A DNA stretch of 64,000 nucleotides from Verrucomicrobiota bacterium (GCA_024233345.1 JACKPT010000007.1:51434-115433); one strand, 5' to 3'. Shown: positions 1 to 10,373, counted from the first letter of the stretch. Program-made: numbers and translations. The notes: generated from the sequence alone by a model not told the origin.

Positions 1-941
1 TTGAACAGTTGATCCGGGGGGCCGATCCCCGTTTTCTGGCCATCGTGGGTCCCTGTTCGATTCACGACCCGGCGGCGGCGTTGGAGTATGCCACCCGGCT
101 GGCAACGTTGTGCAAAACCCTGGGACCGGAGCTGCTGGTGGTCATGCGGGTTTATTTTGAAAAACCCCGAACCACGATTGGTTGGAAGGGGTTGATCAAT
201 GATCCCGATCTCGATGATTCCTGTGACATGGAAAAGGGATTGCGTCAGGCCCGCGAGTTGATGGTGGCGATTACCCGGCTCGGATTGCCGATTGCCACCG
301 AGTTTCTGGACCCCATTGTTCCTCAGTACATTGGTGACCTGGTGACCTGGGCGGCCATCGGGGCGCGAACCACCGAGTCGCAGACCCACCGGGAAATGAC
401 CAGCGGCCTGTCCATGCCGGTGGGATTCAAGAATGGCACCGACGGGCGGGTGCAGACGGCGGTGGATGCGATGGTTTCGGCCCGCCACCCGCACAGTTTT
501 CTCGGCATCGATCAGGCCGGCATGACCAGCGTGGTCAAGACCACCGGAAATCCGGATTGTCATCTGGTCCTTCGCGGGGGGATTCAAGGGCCCAATTATG
601 AGGCGCGCCAAGTCGCCGAGGCCGTGGCCTTGCTCACCCGGCACGACCTCCCCCCGAGGGTCATGGTGGATTGCAGTCATGCCAACTCCAACAAGGATCC
701 TCACCGCCAGATCGAGGTCTGGAAGGCGATCCTTGCCCAGCGGGCCGAGGGCGCTCCGGGGATTCTCGGGGCGATGCTGGAAAGTTTTCTTGCCTCAGGC
801 AACCAGCCCTTTGCCCCCGCCGCAGACCTGCGGTATGGGCAATCGATCACCGATGCCTGCCTCGGATGGGACGAGACGGAAACCCTGCTTCGCGAGGCCT
901 CTGTCCGTCAAAAACCCGCTATGTTGGAGTCCAAGCCCTGA
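1..941 (+). CDS. aroG: 3-deoxy-7-phosphoheptulonate (DAHP) synthase, class I (AroG/F/H type), 5' end cut by window edge
   Basis: The frame is open to base 1. [53 protein letters not shown] and DCSHANS follow E. coli AroG-type enzymes along the full length. About 40-45 N-terminal residues are missing. The isozyme (F/G/H) cannot be told. Confidence 0.9.
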   Translation, partial: EQLIRGADPRFLAIVGPCSIHDPAAALEYATRLATLCKTLGPELLVVMRVYFEKPRTTIGWKGLINDPDLDDSCDMEKGLRQARELMVAITRLGLPIATEFLDPIVPQYIGDLVTWAAIGARTTESQTHREMTSGLSMPVGFKNGTDGRVQTAVDAMVSARHPHSFLGIDQAGMTSVVKTTGNPDCHLVLRGGIQGPNYEARQVAEAVALLTRHDLPPRVMVDCSHANSNKDPHRQIEVWKAILAQRAEGAPGILGAMLESFLASGNQPFAPAADLRYGQSITDACLGWDETETLLREASVRQKPAMLESKP

Positions 942-1795
942 TGAAACAATCGCCCCCCCCCCAGACACAACAGCAGGCCCGCCAGTACTATCGCCGCCAC
1001 GGGGTACGGATCAAATCTCCGGAGGAAATCGAGGGCGTTCGCAAGGCCGGTGAGCTGGTTCTGGAGCTGCTTGCCCTTGCGGAATCGATGATGCAACCGG
1101 GCCGGATGACCGGGGAGGTGGATCAGGCGATTGCCGACTATACTGCTTCCAAGGGGGCGATCTCGGCCTGTCTGAATTATCGTGGCTATCCCAAGCACAG
1201 TTGTATCTCGATCAATGAAGTCGTGTGCCATGGCATTCCCGGTGACCGCATTTTGCAGGATGGCGATCTGGTCAATGTCGATGTTACTCCGATCGTCGAT
1301 GGCTATTATGCCGACGCCAGCAAAACCTTCCTGATTGGCCGTGCCTCGGAGGAAGCGGTGCGGTTGGTTGAGATTACCCGCGAATGTCTTCGCCGGGGAA
1401 TGTGGGCGGTGAAACCCGGGGCTACGCTCGGCGATATCGGTTGGGCCATTCAGTCTTATGCGGAGGCTCAGCACTGTTCGGTGGTGCGGGATTTTGTCGG
1501 CCATGGGACCGGCATTGAATTCCATGAGCCCCCCCAGGTCACGCACTTCGGCCGCCGCCATAGCGGGCTGAAGTTGATTCCGGGCATTGTGTTTACCATT
1601 GAACCCATGATCAACCTGGGCCGAGCCGACACCAAAATCCTCGATGATGGCTGGACTGCGGTAACCCGGGATGGATCGCTCTCTGCGCAGTTCGAGCACA
1701 CGGTGGTGGTGACCGAGGATGGATTTGAGAGCCTGACCCCTTACGAGCCCGAGTTCTATTTGTCCCGGCCGGTTTCCGAGCCGACCCTGGCCTGA
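941..1795 (+). CDS. map: Methionine aminopeptidase, type I
   Basis: ATG 941 overlaps the aroG stop (TGATG). MetAP motifs are present: VCHGIP, DLVNVDV, DASKTF, FVGHGTG, FTIEPM, QFEHTV. The longer ORF from 671 is a GC-rich upstream extension inside aroG. Confidence 0.93.
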   Translation: MKQSPPPQTQQQARQYYRRHGVRIKSPEEIEGVRKAGELVLELLALAESMMQPGRMTGEVDQAIADYTASKGAISACLNYRGYPKHSCISINEVVCHGIPGDRILQDGDLVNVDVTPIVDGYYADASKTFLIGRASEEAVRLVEITRECLRRGMWAVKPGATLGDIGWAIQSYAEAQHCSVVRDFVGHGTGIEFHEPPQVTHFGRRHSGLKLIPGIVFTIEPMINLGRADTKILDDGWTAVTRDGSLSAQFEHTVVVTEDGFESLTPYEPEFYLSRPVSEPTLA

Positions 1796-1831
1796 TTGGC
1801 ACCGGCTGATTTTCCATCGAGGCGACCGGCT

Positions 1832-3802
1832 ATGGGTACCGACTACCGAACCTTTCACGAATGCCCCCTTGCCCGGGTGGCGCCCACCGGTTGGCTGGCG
1901 CGGATGCTTGAAGGGCAGCGGGATGGCTTGACCGGACACCTTGAAGTGGCGGGCTTTCCTTTCAATACTGCGGGGTGGCGATCGAACCGGATCAAGGCGA
2001 AAGGGCACGACAGCAAAAGCTGGTGGCCCTATGAACAGGTTGCTTACTGGGTTGATGGCATGATCCGCTGCGGACATCTGTTGGGGGACCGGACCTTGCT
2101 GGCGAAGGGACGCCGACAAACCGACTGGGTGCTTTCGCACCCGGGACGGGATGGGTACCTCGGACCGTCCAGTCTGCGCGAAGCCCAGGGGGACCGGTAC
2201 TTTCATTGTAACCGCTGGCCCCATACGGTTCTGTTTCGCGCGCTGATGGCCGAGTACAGCGCCACAGGGCGCAAGTCGATCCTGAACAAGCTGCGCCGAC
2301 ATTATGTATCGGGGGCGGGAGACTACAGCCTGGGCCGGAATGTGCTGAATGTGGAAATCATGGTCTGGCTGTATCATGAGACTGGCGATGCCAAGCTGCT
2401 GGATCTGGCATTGCAGCAGTATGGGGCGTATCAAGCGCGGTATCCTGAGCATGATACCACGGTCGACCGGATGCTGTCTGATCAGTCACCCCGCGATCAC
2501 GGGGTGAACTATAATGAACACGCCAAGTTGGCGGCCCTGCTGTATGGGGCGACGGGAGACCGGAGGTTGCTCAAGGCCAGTCGCAAGGCTCTGGCCAAGC
2601 TGGCCCGCGATCATGAACTGGTCAGTGGTGTCCCCAGTTCCACTGAACATCTGCGGGGTATCTATTCAACCGCCGGGTACGAGATCTGCAATATTGCTGA
2701 CTATACCTGGACCCTCGGTTACCTCCTGATGATCACCGGGGAGGCGGCGTATGCGGATCGGATAGAGCGGGCGGTGTTCAATGCCGCCCCGGGAGCGATC
2801 ACCAAAGACTTCACGGCGCTTCAGTATTTTTCCAGTCCCAACCAGGTGGTGGCGGATCGATCCTCCAATCATCACCCTCATGGTACCGGTAGTATGCATG
2901 TCAGCTACCGGCCCCGGCCCGGAACCGAATGCTGTCCGGGGAATGTGAATCGAATTTTCCCCAATTATATTTCCCGGATGTGGATGACCGACCGCGAGGG
3001 TGGACTGGTTGCCGCCCTCTATGGGCCCGGCCGCGTACAATGGAAGGCGGGGCCGGAGCGGGTTCCGGTGACGGTGCACCAGCAAACGGATTACCCATTT
3101 CGTGAGACCATCGCGTTTGACTTTCAGTGTCGCCAGCCCGTTGCCTTCCGGTTTTCGGTCCGGATTCCCGGCTGGTGTCGTCATGCGACCATCACGGTGA
3201 ATGGAAAACCGCTGAAGCGGACCTGCAAACCTGGAACCTTCGTGCGGATTCAGCGGACCTTTGCTTCCGGCGATCAGGTGGTACTCACCCTGCCGATGGC
3301 GGTGCAAACCAGCGCATGGCCGGAGGAGGGGCTTGCCATCGAGCGCGGCCCGCTGGTGTTTGCCCTTCCGGTCAAGGGCAGCCGTCGACGCGATCAGCGG
3401 GACCCCCATGCTTCCGATAATTTTCCGGCCTGGAACTTGAGGCCAATCGGTCGGTGGAATGTCGGCGTGGATCCTCTGGCGAAGATCGAGGTGCAGGAGC
3501 ATCCCCTGACCGGAAATCCCTGGGATCCAGAGAAGCCGCCGATCACCCTCTCGCTTCCTGGCCGTATCATCCCCGGATGGAAACTGATCGAGAAAAAGAC
3601 CCTCAAGGTCCACTGGGGTGGCAGGGATCATCTGCACAAAGGCGATTATCGGTTCATGCCCGCCCTGCCAGGGGCCAAGGCCAGGCAAAAGGCCGGCCTG
3701 ACCCTACAGCCCTTGACCCTGGTGCCCTTCGGTTCAACCCTGCTGCGCATTTCCATCTTTCCCCGCCTGGAAAAGCCGTCGGGATCCTCAGGCCGGTGTT
3801 GA
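1832..3802 (+). CDS. Glycoside hydrolase family 127-like (DUF1680, beta-L-arabinofuranosidase-type) protein
   Basis: 656 aa from ATG 1832 (TTG 1796 is also possible). The size and the Cys-rich GTECCPGNVNR segment resemble HypBA1-type GH127 enzymes. Substrate is unknown. Confidence 0.65.
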   Translation: MGTDYRTFHECPLARVAPTGWLARMLEGQRDGLTGHLEVAGFPFNTAGWRSNRIKAKGHDSKSWWPYEQVAYWVDGMIRCGHLLGDRTLLAKGRRQTDWVLSHPGRDGYLGPSSLREAQGDRYFHCNRWPHTVLFRALMAEYSATGRKSILNKLRRHYVSGAGDYSLGRNVLNVEIMVWLYHETGDAKLLDLALQQYGAYQARYPEHDTTVDRMLSDQSPRDHGVNYNEHAKLAALLYGATGDRRLLKASRKALAKLARDHELVSGVPSSTEHLRGIYSTAGYEICNIADYTWTLGYLLMITGEAAYADRIERAVFNAAPGAITKDFTALQYFSSPNQVVADRSSNHHPHGTGSMHVSYRPRPGTECCPGNVNRIFPNYISRMWMTDREGGLVAALYGPGRVQWKAGPERVPVTVHQQTDYPFRETIAFDFQCRQPVAFRFSVRIPGWCRHATITVNGKPLKRTCKPGTFVRIQRTFASGDQVVLTLPMAVQTSAWPEEGLAIERGPLVFALPVKGSRRRDQRDPHASDNFPAWNLRPIGRWNVGVDPLAKIEVQEHPLTGNPWDPEKPPITLSLPGRIIPGWKLIEKKTLKVHWGGRDHLHKGDYRFMPALPGAKARQKAGLTLQPLTLVPFGSTLLRISIFPRLEKPSGSSGRC

Positions 3803-4624
3803 ATCCAAGTCCTGGAGGGCCCGGTTGAGTTTCCCGGACACAAAGCCTTCCGGATCAATCTCCACGCGGGAAAACCCAAGCGCGATCAAGCGATCTCTGA
3901 CTTGCCCCTCCATGTTGCGCAGGGTATCCAGCGCGTCCGGGGGCACTTCCAACCGGGCCGTTTCCCCCAGGTGCCGTACCCGGCAAACCGGGAATCCAGC
4001 CGCGACCAGGATGGATTCCGCCGCCTCGATCTGGCGGAGTTTCTCCCTGGTGACGGTTTGCCCGTAGGGGACGCGGGAGGCCAGACAGGGACTGGCGGGT
4101 TTGTTCCAGCAATCCAACGCAAACCGTCCGGCCAGCGCCCGTACCATGGCTTTGTTGATGCCGCACTCCCCGAGCGGGGCGCGGATCGCCTGCTCCTGGG
4201 CAGCCAGAAGTCCCGGGCGGTAGTCACCAAGATCATCGGTGTTCTGGCCATTGGCGACCCACCAATCGGGATGTTCGGATCGCACGGCATGCAGTGCCTG
4301 GTACAGGGTGGTTTTGCAGAAGTAGCAACGGTTGGCCGGATTGCTGGTGTAGTTGGGGTCCTCCATCTCCCGGGTGACAATCACCTTCAGGGGAATCCCG
4401 TGGGTCCGGGCAAAGGCCCGGGCGTGATCCAGTTCCGGCATCGACAAACTGGGAGATGCAGAAATGACCGCAAGGGTTCGGTCCTGACCCAGGAAATGCA
4501 TGGCCAGAAAGGCGACCAGTGCACTGTCCACGCCCCCGGAGTAGGCGATGACCAACCCGGGCGCTTCGGTAAACCATTGTTCAAGCCGGGCGAGTGCCCG
4601 GGCGACTTCCTCGCGATCCTCCAT
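3788..4624 (-). CDS. larE: LarE, ATP-dependent sulfur transferase for nickel-pincer (NPN) cofactor synthesis
   Basis: PP-loop AYSGGVDSALV, CYFCK, and the PASPCLASRVPYG cysteine context. 278 aa, typical of the LarE/TIGR00268 family. The 3' end overlaps the GH127 3' end by 15 nt. Confidence 0.8.
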   Translation of the reverse strand: MEDREEVARALARLEQWFTEAPGLVIAYSGGVDSALVAFLAMHFLGQDRTLAVISASPSLSMPELDHARAFARTHGIPLKVIVTREMEDPNYTSNPANRCYFCKTTLYQALHAVRSEHPDWWVANGQNTDDLGDYRPGLLAAQEQAIRAPLGECGINKAMVRALAGRFALDCWNKPASPCLASRVPYGQTVTREKLRQIEAAESILVAAGFPVCRVRHLGETARLEVPPDALDTLRNMEGQVRDRLIALGFSRVEIDPEGFVSGKLNRALQDLDSTPA

Positions 4625-4788
4625 GCCACCAGTGTGCCGATCCCGAACGCCATGTCAACCGCAGGCTGATCGCATCCCGTACGCAACTCCGCTTTTGATT
4701 TGCATGCCCCCGGTGAGCCGATACTCTGACTCCATGAACCGGAACCGACCATTGAACACCAGGCTGAACCACCGAGAGGGCCACTGAC

Positions 4789-5949
4789 ATGCGTACCCTC
4801 TATTATAACTGTCCGGCCGGGATCAGCGGTGACATGAATCTTGCCGCGATGGTTGGCCTGGGTATCGATCCTGATCGGCTGCGTGCAGAGCTGGCGAAGC
4901 TGGGCCTGGAAAACTGGACCCTCTCGTTTGAACCGGCTGATCGGCAGGGCATCCATGGGCTGCGGTGTGAGGTGCGGTTTGAAGAATCCCATCATCACCG
5001 GACATTCGCCACGATTCGCGAGCTGATCGAGAACTCGTCCCTCGCGCCTGCGGTACGCCGGGATGCGATTGCGGTTTTCCGCTGTCTTGCCGAGGCGGAG
5101 GGCCGGGTACACGGCATTGCTGCCGACAAGGTACATTTTCACGAAGTGGGAGCGCTCGATTCGTTGTTGGACATTGTCGGGGCCGCCATCTGCTGGCACT
5201 GGCTGGGGGTGGATCGCCTGGCGGCCTCCACCCTTGAACTGGGCAGCGGGACCGTGACCTGTGCCCATGGGAAGATGCCGGTGCCTGCACCAGCCACTGC
5301 CCGCCTGGTCGAATCGCTTCCGGTTCGGATGGGAGGCACTACCGGTGAGGCCACAACCCCGACCGGTGCCGCGCTGTTGGTAGGGAAGCAGTGCAGTTTC
5401 GGGTCTGTGGTGGAGGGCCGAACGGTGGCGAGTGGGGTTGGCCTCGGGGCCAGGGAAGATCCCCGGATAGCCAATGCCCTTCATGTGACCCTGTTGGAGT
5501 CGGGGCCGTCCTCCAGGAGCACTGACTGTGACCGGGTGATTGAATTGGCCACCAATCTCGACGATCTCTCGCCGGAATTGATCGGGTATCTGGTTGAATT
5601 GCTGATGTCTTCCGGTGCGCTGGATGTCTGGCAGGTGCCGGCAACGTTCAAGAAGGGGCGTTTGGGCTGTGTGCTGAGTGTGCTCATCCGTCCGGATCAG
5701 CTGGCGGAGATGACCGATCTGATCTTCAGGCACAGCACGACCCTGGGGATCCGCTGGCGCGAATGGGAGCGGAGCCTGCTCGAGCGGATATCGACCGAGC
5801 GCGCAACTCCCTTGGGAACGGTGCGGGTCAAAACCGCAACGTGGCGAGGGGAAACAATCCGCAGCAAGGTCGAGTATGAAGATCTTCGTCGCCTTGCCCG
5901 GGATCATCATCTGTCTTTGTCTGAGGTGCAGAAACGAATCGAGTCGTAG
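4789..5949 (+). CDS. larC: LarC, NPN cofactor nickel-insertion protein (DUF111)
   Basis: Characteristic N-terminus MRTLYYNCPAGISGDM, HFHEVGALDS, 386 aa. Immediately followed by larB. Confidence 0.8.
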   Translation: MRTLYYNCPAGISGDMNLAAMVGLGIDPDRLRAELAKLGLENWTLSFEPADRQGIHGLRCEVRFEESHHHRTFATIRELIENSSLAPAVRRDAIAVFRCLAEAEGRVHGIAADKVHFHEVGALDSLLDIVGAAICWHWLGVDRLAASTLELGSGTVTCAHGKMPVPAPATARLVESLPVRMGGTTGEATTPTGAALLVGKQCSFGSVVEGRTVASGVGLGAREDPRIANALHVTLLESGPSSRSTDCDRVIELATNLDDLSPELIGYLVELLMSSGALDVWQVPATFKKGRLGCVLSVLIRPDQLAEMTDLIFRHSTTLGIRWREWERSLLERISTERATPLGTVRVKTATWRGETIRSKVEYEDLRRLARDHHLSLSEVQKRIES

Positions 5950-5950
5950 G

Positions 5951-6691
5951 ATGAGCAGGTTGGGAACAATTTTGGAGGCGGTTCGCCGCGGCGAGCTGGA
6001 TCTGCCGGAGGCAGAGCGGCAGATTCGGGCCGGGCAGTATGCCGACCTCGGGCACTCCCGGGTTGACCATGACCGTCTTGAGCGAAATGGCGCCTCAGAA
6101 GTGATCTACGGCCAGAGCAAAACCGTAGCGCAGATTCAGGAGATCACCGAGAGTTTGCTGACCGGCGGCCATAACGTGCTGGTTACCCGGGTGAGTGGAG
6201 CCAAGGCCCGGCGCCTGTTGACCGTGTTCCCGGACGCCGAGCACAACCCCATGGCCCGGACGGTGGTCCTCCAACCCGTGCCACCGGTACCGGCTGATGG
6301 CTTGATCACCATTGTGTCGGCGGGAACCTCCGATCAGCGGGTGGCCGAGGAAGCGAAGGTCACAGCAGAATTTTACGGCAACCAGGTTCGTTCGATTCAT
6401 GACGCGGGCGTTGCGGGAATTCACCGTTTGCTCGCCGAGTTGGACGGCCTGCGACAAGCCCGTGTGGTGATCGCGGTGGCGGGGATGGAGGGCGCGCTTC
6501 CCAGTGTCGTTGCCGGACTGGTCAAGGCCCCGGTCATTGCCGTTCCCACCAGTGTGGGGTACGGGGCGAGTTTTGGCGGCGCGGCAGCTTTGCTCGCCAT
6601 GCTCAATTCCTGCGCATCCGGACTCAGCGTGGTCAATATCGACAACGGGTTTGGCGCGGGCTATCTGGCCAGTGTGATCAATCATCTCTGA
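5951..6691 (+). CDS. larB: LarB, pyridinium-3,5-biscarboxylic acid mononucleotide synthase (AIR carboxylase-like)
   Basis: ATG 5951 starts 1 nt after the larC stop. PurE-like core ITIVSAGTSDQRVAEEA, AVAGMEGALPSVVAGL, VIAVPTSVGYG. Confidence 0.8.
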   Translation: MSRLGTILEAVRRGELDLPEAERQIRAGQYADLGHSRVDHDRLERNGASEVIYGQSKTVAQIQEITESLLTGGHNVLVTRVSGAKARRLLTVFPDAEHNPMARTVVLQPVPPVPADGLITIVSAGTSDQRVAEEAKVTAEFYGNQVRSIHDAGVAGIHRLLAELDGLRQARVVIAVAGMEGALPSVVAGLVKAPVIAVPTSVGYGASFGGAAALLAMLNSCASGLSVVNIDNGFGAGYLASVINHL

Positions 6692-6920
6692 GCCGGTCGC
6701 GTCAGCGTTCATACCGGTCGGTCGCCGCCAGCGAAGCCTTCGCGGTGGCGATGCATGAAACCTGACTTGCCGACAAATCAATCGTTGCGAAACGAATCCG
6801 GTTTGCGTAAGGATAGACCGGAGGAGCGGTGGTGCGGCGCGGAACATGAATCCTGCGCAGCGAATCGTGTAATTGCTTTTGATGGAACAGTTTAGGCGGT
6901 AAATGGAGGCGGACTAAGGA

Positions 6921-7778
6921 ATGGCCAAGACCAGTCAATCGAATGTCAGAAGAAAATCCGCGAACATGTATGTTCGCTCACGCAGCCAGCGGTCGCAGGA
7001 TATCCTGATGGTCAGCGCGCGGGCGGGCACCCGCAAGGCCGAGCGGATGCAAAAAGCGGGCGCCTTGACCTTGATGACCCTGGTGCTGTTTGGGGTGGTC
7101 GGTGTCGCCTGGGCCGGGATACGTGGTGTCGGTAGTTGGTTGTACACCGGCAATGACCGGTATCAACTGGAACGGGTCGAAGTGGAGACCACCGGACGGT
7201 TGCAGGCCGACCATATTCTCGAGTATGGCCGTATTCAACCCGGCGACAACCTGTTCGCCCTCGATCTCGATGACATTCGCAATCAACTTGAACTGGTCCC
7301 TCTGATCCGCCGGGCCGAATTGCAGATTCAACTTCCCCATACCCTGATGGTCCGGATCACCGAGCGGAAGCCGGTGGCCCGAGTCGGCGCCGGGCCTCGT
7401 CAGTTTCCCCTGACCGTGGATCTCGATGGCTATGTTCTGGGCCCGGCAAGAAACAGCAACTTGCTCCCGCTCATCACCGGCGTGCAGGACAAGGGACTGA
7501 CCCCGGGCAGCCAGCTTCGTGACACCGCCGTGATTGATGCGCTGGCGGTGGTCAGTCTATGCCAGGAAACCCGTCTCGCGGATATTCTGCGGATCGATCA
7601 TATTGATGTCAGTCATCCGGATTACCTGGATCTGACCTTGGCGTCCAAACTCCGGGTCCTGCTTCCGCGGAACCCAAGCAAGACCAAGCTGGAGGAAACG
7701 GCGGCCATTCTACTCAGCGGGCACGCCCCCCGGAGTTTTCTCGACATGACCATGGACAGCAATATTCCCGGAACGTGA
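6921..7778 (+). CDS. ftsQ: Cell division protein FtsQ (POTRA domain)
   Basis: Basic N-terminal tail and one TM (LTLMTLVLFGVVGVAWAGI). POTRA-like YQLERVEVETTGRLQADHILEY...LMVRITERKPVARV. Sits directly upstream of ftsA-ftsZ. Confidence 0.75.
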   Translation: MAKTSQSNVRRKSANMYVRSRSQRSQDILMVSARAGTRKAERMQKAGALTLMTLVLFGVVGVAWAGIRGVGSWLYTGNDRYQLERVEVETTGRLQADHILEYGRIQPGDNLFALDLDDIRNQLELVPLIRRAELQIQLPHTLMVRITERKPVARVGAGPRQFPLTVDLDGYVLGPARNSNLLPLITGVQDKGLTPGSQLRDTAVIDALAVVSLCQETRLADILRIDHIDVSHPDYLDLTLASKLRVLLPRNPSKTKLEETAAILLSGHAPRSFLDMTMDSNIPGT

Positions 7779-7827
7779 CCCTCATGGATAGCCAGGTAGA
7801 TGTTGACCATACAGTCCAGGGGGGGCG

Positions 7828-9045
7828 ATGAGCGACTATCCCCCCATTGTGGCCCTCGAATTGGGCACCACCAAAGCCCGCTGTGTCGTCGCGGAAATCC
7901 GCGACGATGACCACTTGATGATTCTGGGAGTGGGGGAGTGTGAATCGCGGGGCATTCGCAAGAGCGAGGTGATCAATCTGGACACCGCGATTTCCTGCGT
8001 GAAAATTGCCATCGATAATGCCGAAGAAAGCGCGAACGCGATTTTGAAGGAGGTCTATCTGATGGCGTCAGGCGGTTCCATCCAGAGTCTGGTCAATCGC
8101 GGCTCGATCCCGATTATGAGCGATGATCATGAGATTATCCGGGAGGATATCAACCATGTGATTCAGACCGCGCGCAACCTGAGCCTTTCGGATGAGCGTC
8201 AGATTCTGCACAGTATCTGCCAGCATTTTTATGTGGATGACCAGAAAGGGATTACCAACCCCGAGGGCATGGAAGGCTACAAACTCTCGGTCGACATGCT
8301 GATTATTCACGGGCTGGTTGGCCGACTGCGCAACCTGGTCCGGGCTGCCCGCAGTGCCTCGGTGGAGGTGGTGAATATTGCCTATGGTGGCCTTTGCGCC
8401 GCCCTCGCAACCTTGACCCCCGAGGACAAGCATAGCGGATGCATGGTCATTGACCTGGGGGGGGGCACCACCGATTTCATTGCCTACGCCGATAATGCCA
8501 TTGCCACTGCGGGATCATTGGCGATCGGGGGAGATCACGTGACCAACGATATTTCGAGCGGGCTTCGGATCTCCTCGGCCACTGCGGAAAAACTCAAGAT
8601 CGAAGCGGGGAGCGCGGTGGTGAATCTGCCCCAGCGTATGAATAAGCTGCCCATTCCCGACGATCCCGGTTCCAGCGCCCGGGTGGTGCGCTATGGCGAT
8701 CTTCACACGATTATTCATGCCCGGATGGAGGAACTTTTCCAGTTGGTGCGCGGACAGGTCAAACAGAAGGATCTGTTACATCGCCTGGGCAGCGGCATTA
8801 TCCTGACCGGGGGCGGAGCGAACCTGACCGGCGTCACAGAGTTGGGTGAAAAAGTATTCGGGTTGCCCTGCCGGGTGGGCCGCCCCCGCGATGTCAGCGG
8901 TTTCACTTCGGTAATCAACATGCCGGATTATGCCGCTCCGCTGGGGTTACTGCGTTTTGCCGCCAGGGATGTCAAGTCGCATGCCAGCGCCCCGGGGATC
9001 CGGGGTTGGATCAAGGGATTGCTTGGATTCAGGTCCGCCTCATGA
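7828..9045 (+). CDS. ftsA: Cell division protein FtsA
   Basis: Actin-fold motifs IVALELGTTKARCVVAE, MVIDLGGGTTDF, GIILTGGGANLTG. 405 aa. Confidence 0.9.
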   Translation: MSDYPPIVALELGTTKARCVVAEIRDDDHLMILGVGECESRGIRKSEVINLDTAISCVKIAIDNAEESANAILKEVYLMASGGSIQSLVNRGSIPIMSDDHEIIREDINHVIQTARNLSLSDERQILHSICQHFYVDDQKGITNPEGMEGYKLSVDMLIIHGLVGRLRNLVRAARSASVEVVNIAYGGLCAALATLTPEDKHSGCMVIDLGGGTTDFIAYADNAIATAGSLAIGGDHVTNDISSGLRISSATAEKLKIEAGSAVVNLPQRMNKLPIPDDPGSSARVVRYGDLHTIIHARMEELFQLVRGQVKQKDLLHRLGSGIILTGGGANLTGVTELGEKVFGLPCRVGRPRDVSGFTSVINMPDYAAPLGLLRFAARDVKSHASAPGIRGWIKGLLGFRSAS

Positions 9046-10295
9046 ACCTCAACGTGGATCAGGACTATCTGTTTGGAAAGACCGAGGTGCCCCAGCGCAG
9101 CCGGGTTCTGGTTTTGGGGATCGGTGGGGCCGGTGGTAACATGGTGCGGCGGATGGCCGCCCGCTGGCCCAACGGAGGGCCGGATGTTGCGGTGGTGGAT
9201 ACCGACCCCCAGAGTCTGGCGGTTTGTCCGGTCAACCCCTCCCTGTTGCTGGGGGAACTGACAACCCAGCGCTTGAGTTCCGGATCCGATACCGAGGCGG
9301 GACGAATGGCGGCGGAGGAATCGATAGGGCGTCTGGAACCGATTCTTGTAGGCTACGATCTGGTCTTTCTGGTCTGTGGAATGGGCGGAGGTACCGGGAC
9401 CGGCGCGGCCCCGGTCATTGCAGACTACCTGCACAAACTGGAAACCCTGACCCTGTGTTTTGCCGCGATGCCGTTTGGTTTTGAGGGAGACCGCCGTGCC
9501 CGCACCGCCGCAGACGGGGTGCGAACGCTTCAGGATAAATGCGATGCGGTCATTGTCCTGCCCAATGAAAAATTGATTGATCTGCTCGAACCGCAGACCG
9601 GGCTGGAGTCCAGTTTCCGGATCTCCGATGACCATGTCGCCACATGTATCTATGCCCTGTGGAAATTGCTGAGCCGTCCCGGAGTGATCAATCTCGACTT
9701 TGCCGATGTCCGGAAATTGGTGGAGCGGAGCGGCGGGTTGTGTTCGTTCGGTCATGGTTCGGGCCAGGGGAAAACCCGGTCTGCGGATGCGATCCGGACA
9801 CTGTTGTCCAGTCCCTGGCTCGAACAGGGCGCGGTGCTGGGGCATGCGGCTTCCCTGATGATCAACATTCTCGGTGGCCCGGACATGACCCTGGCCGATG
9901 TTCAGGGGGTGATCGGGGAGATCACCGCAAAAGCACCCAAAGGGATTCACCTTTTTGTGGGGGCTTCGGTGGATGGCGATTGGCGGGATCGCCTGGCGAT
10001 TACCGTTCTCACCGCTGAGCAATGGAGGGATCCGGTGATATCCCGCGACGAAGCGGACGAAATTGTCACCGACTACCTGGACAACCTGGAGCCCCCGCAG
10101 GAGGGACGGGAGTCCGCACCAAGTGCAGGGGCGGTGGGTCTCAAGACCCCGGTCCAGTCGGACCTGCCGCTGGAGAAAGTGACCGGTGAGGGCCGGGGCC
10201 GGTTCAGTGCGGCAGAGCCGACGATCATCAATGGCCAGGATATCGACATCCCGACCTACCTGCGCCGGGGCCTGAAGCTGTCATTCGAGCGCTGA
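9042..10295 (+). CDS. ftsZ: Cell division GTPase FtsZ
   Basis: ATG 9042 overlaps the ftsA stop (ATGA). GIGGAGGN, tubulin signature GMGGGTGTGAAPVIA, INLDFADVRKLV, and the C-terminal FtsA-binding peptide DIDIPTYLRRG. Confidence 0.9.
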   Translation: MNLNVDQDYLFGKTEVPQRSRVLVLGIGGAGGNMVRRMAARWPNGGPDVAVVDTDPQSLAVCPVNPSLLLGELTTQRLSSGSDTEAGRMAAEESIGRLEPILVGYDLVFLVCGMGGGTGTGAAPVIADYLHKLETLTLCFAAMPFGFEGDRRARTAADGVRTLQDKCDAVIVLPNEKLIDLLEPQTGLESSFRISDDHVATCIYALWKLLSRPGVINLDFADVRKLVERSGGLCSFGHGSGQGKTRSADAIRTLLSSPWLEQGAVLGHAASLMINILGGPDMTLADVQGVIGEITAKAPKGIHLFVGASVDGDWRDRLAITVLTAEQWRDPVISRDEADEIVTDYLDNLEPPQEGRESAPSAGAVGLKTPVQSDLPLEKVTGEGRGRFSAAEPTIINGQDIDIPTYLRRGLKLSFER

Positions 10296-10309
10296 CCTGC
10301 CATCCGGGC

Positions 10310-10338
10310 TTGTCAGACCGCTTGTGATGCTCCATACT
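10310..10338 (+). promoter_or_regulatory. Possible sigma70-type promoter for leuCD
   Basis: TTGTCA (10310-10315), a 17-nt spacer, then CATACT (10333-10338), about 35 nt upstream of the leuC ATG. This is a sequence match only. Confidence 0.25.
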
Positions 10339-10373
10339 GTCGCGCTTGTTTTGCATGAAGAAAGTGGAAGCCC

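Noticed and set aside
908-2452. Long antisense or out-of-frame ORFs. Examples: 908-2452(-), 4387-5910(-), 8928-10022(-), 12397-13665(+), 22346-23446(-), 24255-25601(-), 27098-28513(+), 35623-36897(-), 58627-59874(+)
   Set aside because: Each lies opposite or out of frame to a gene with clear family motifs. Their translations are Arg/Pro/Gly/His-rich low-complexity strings typical of shadow ORFs in GC-rich DNA, and none shows a recognisable motif.
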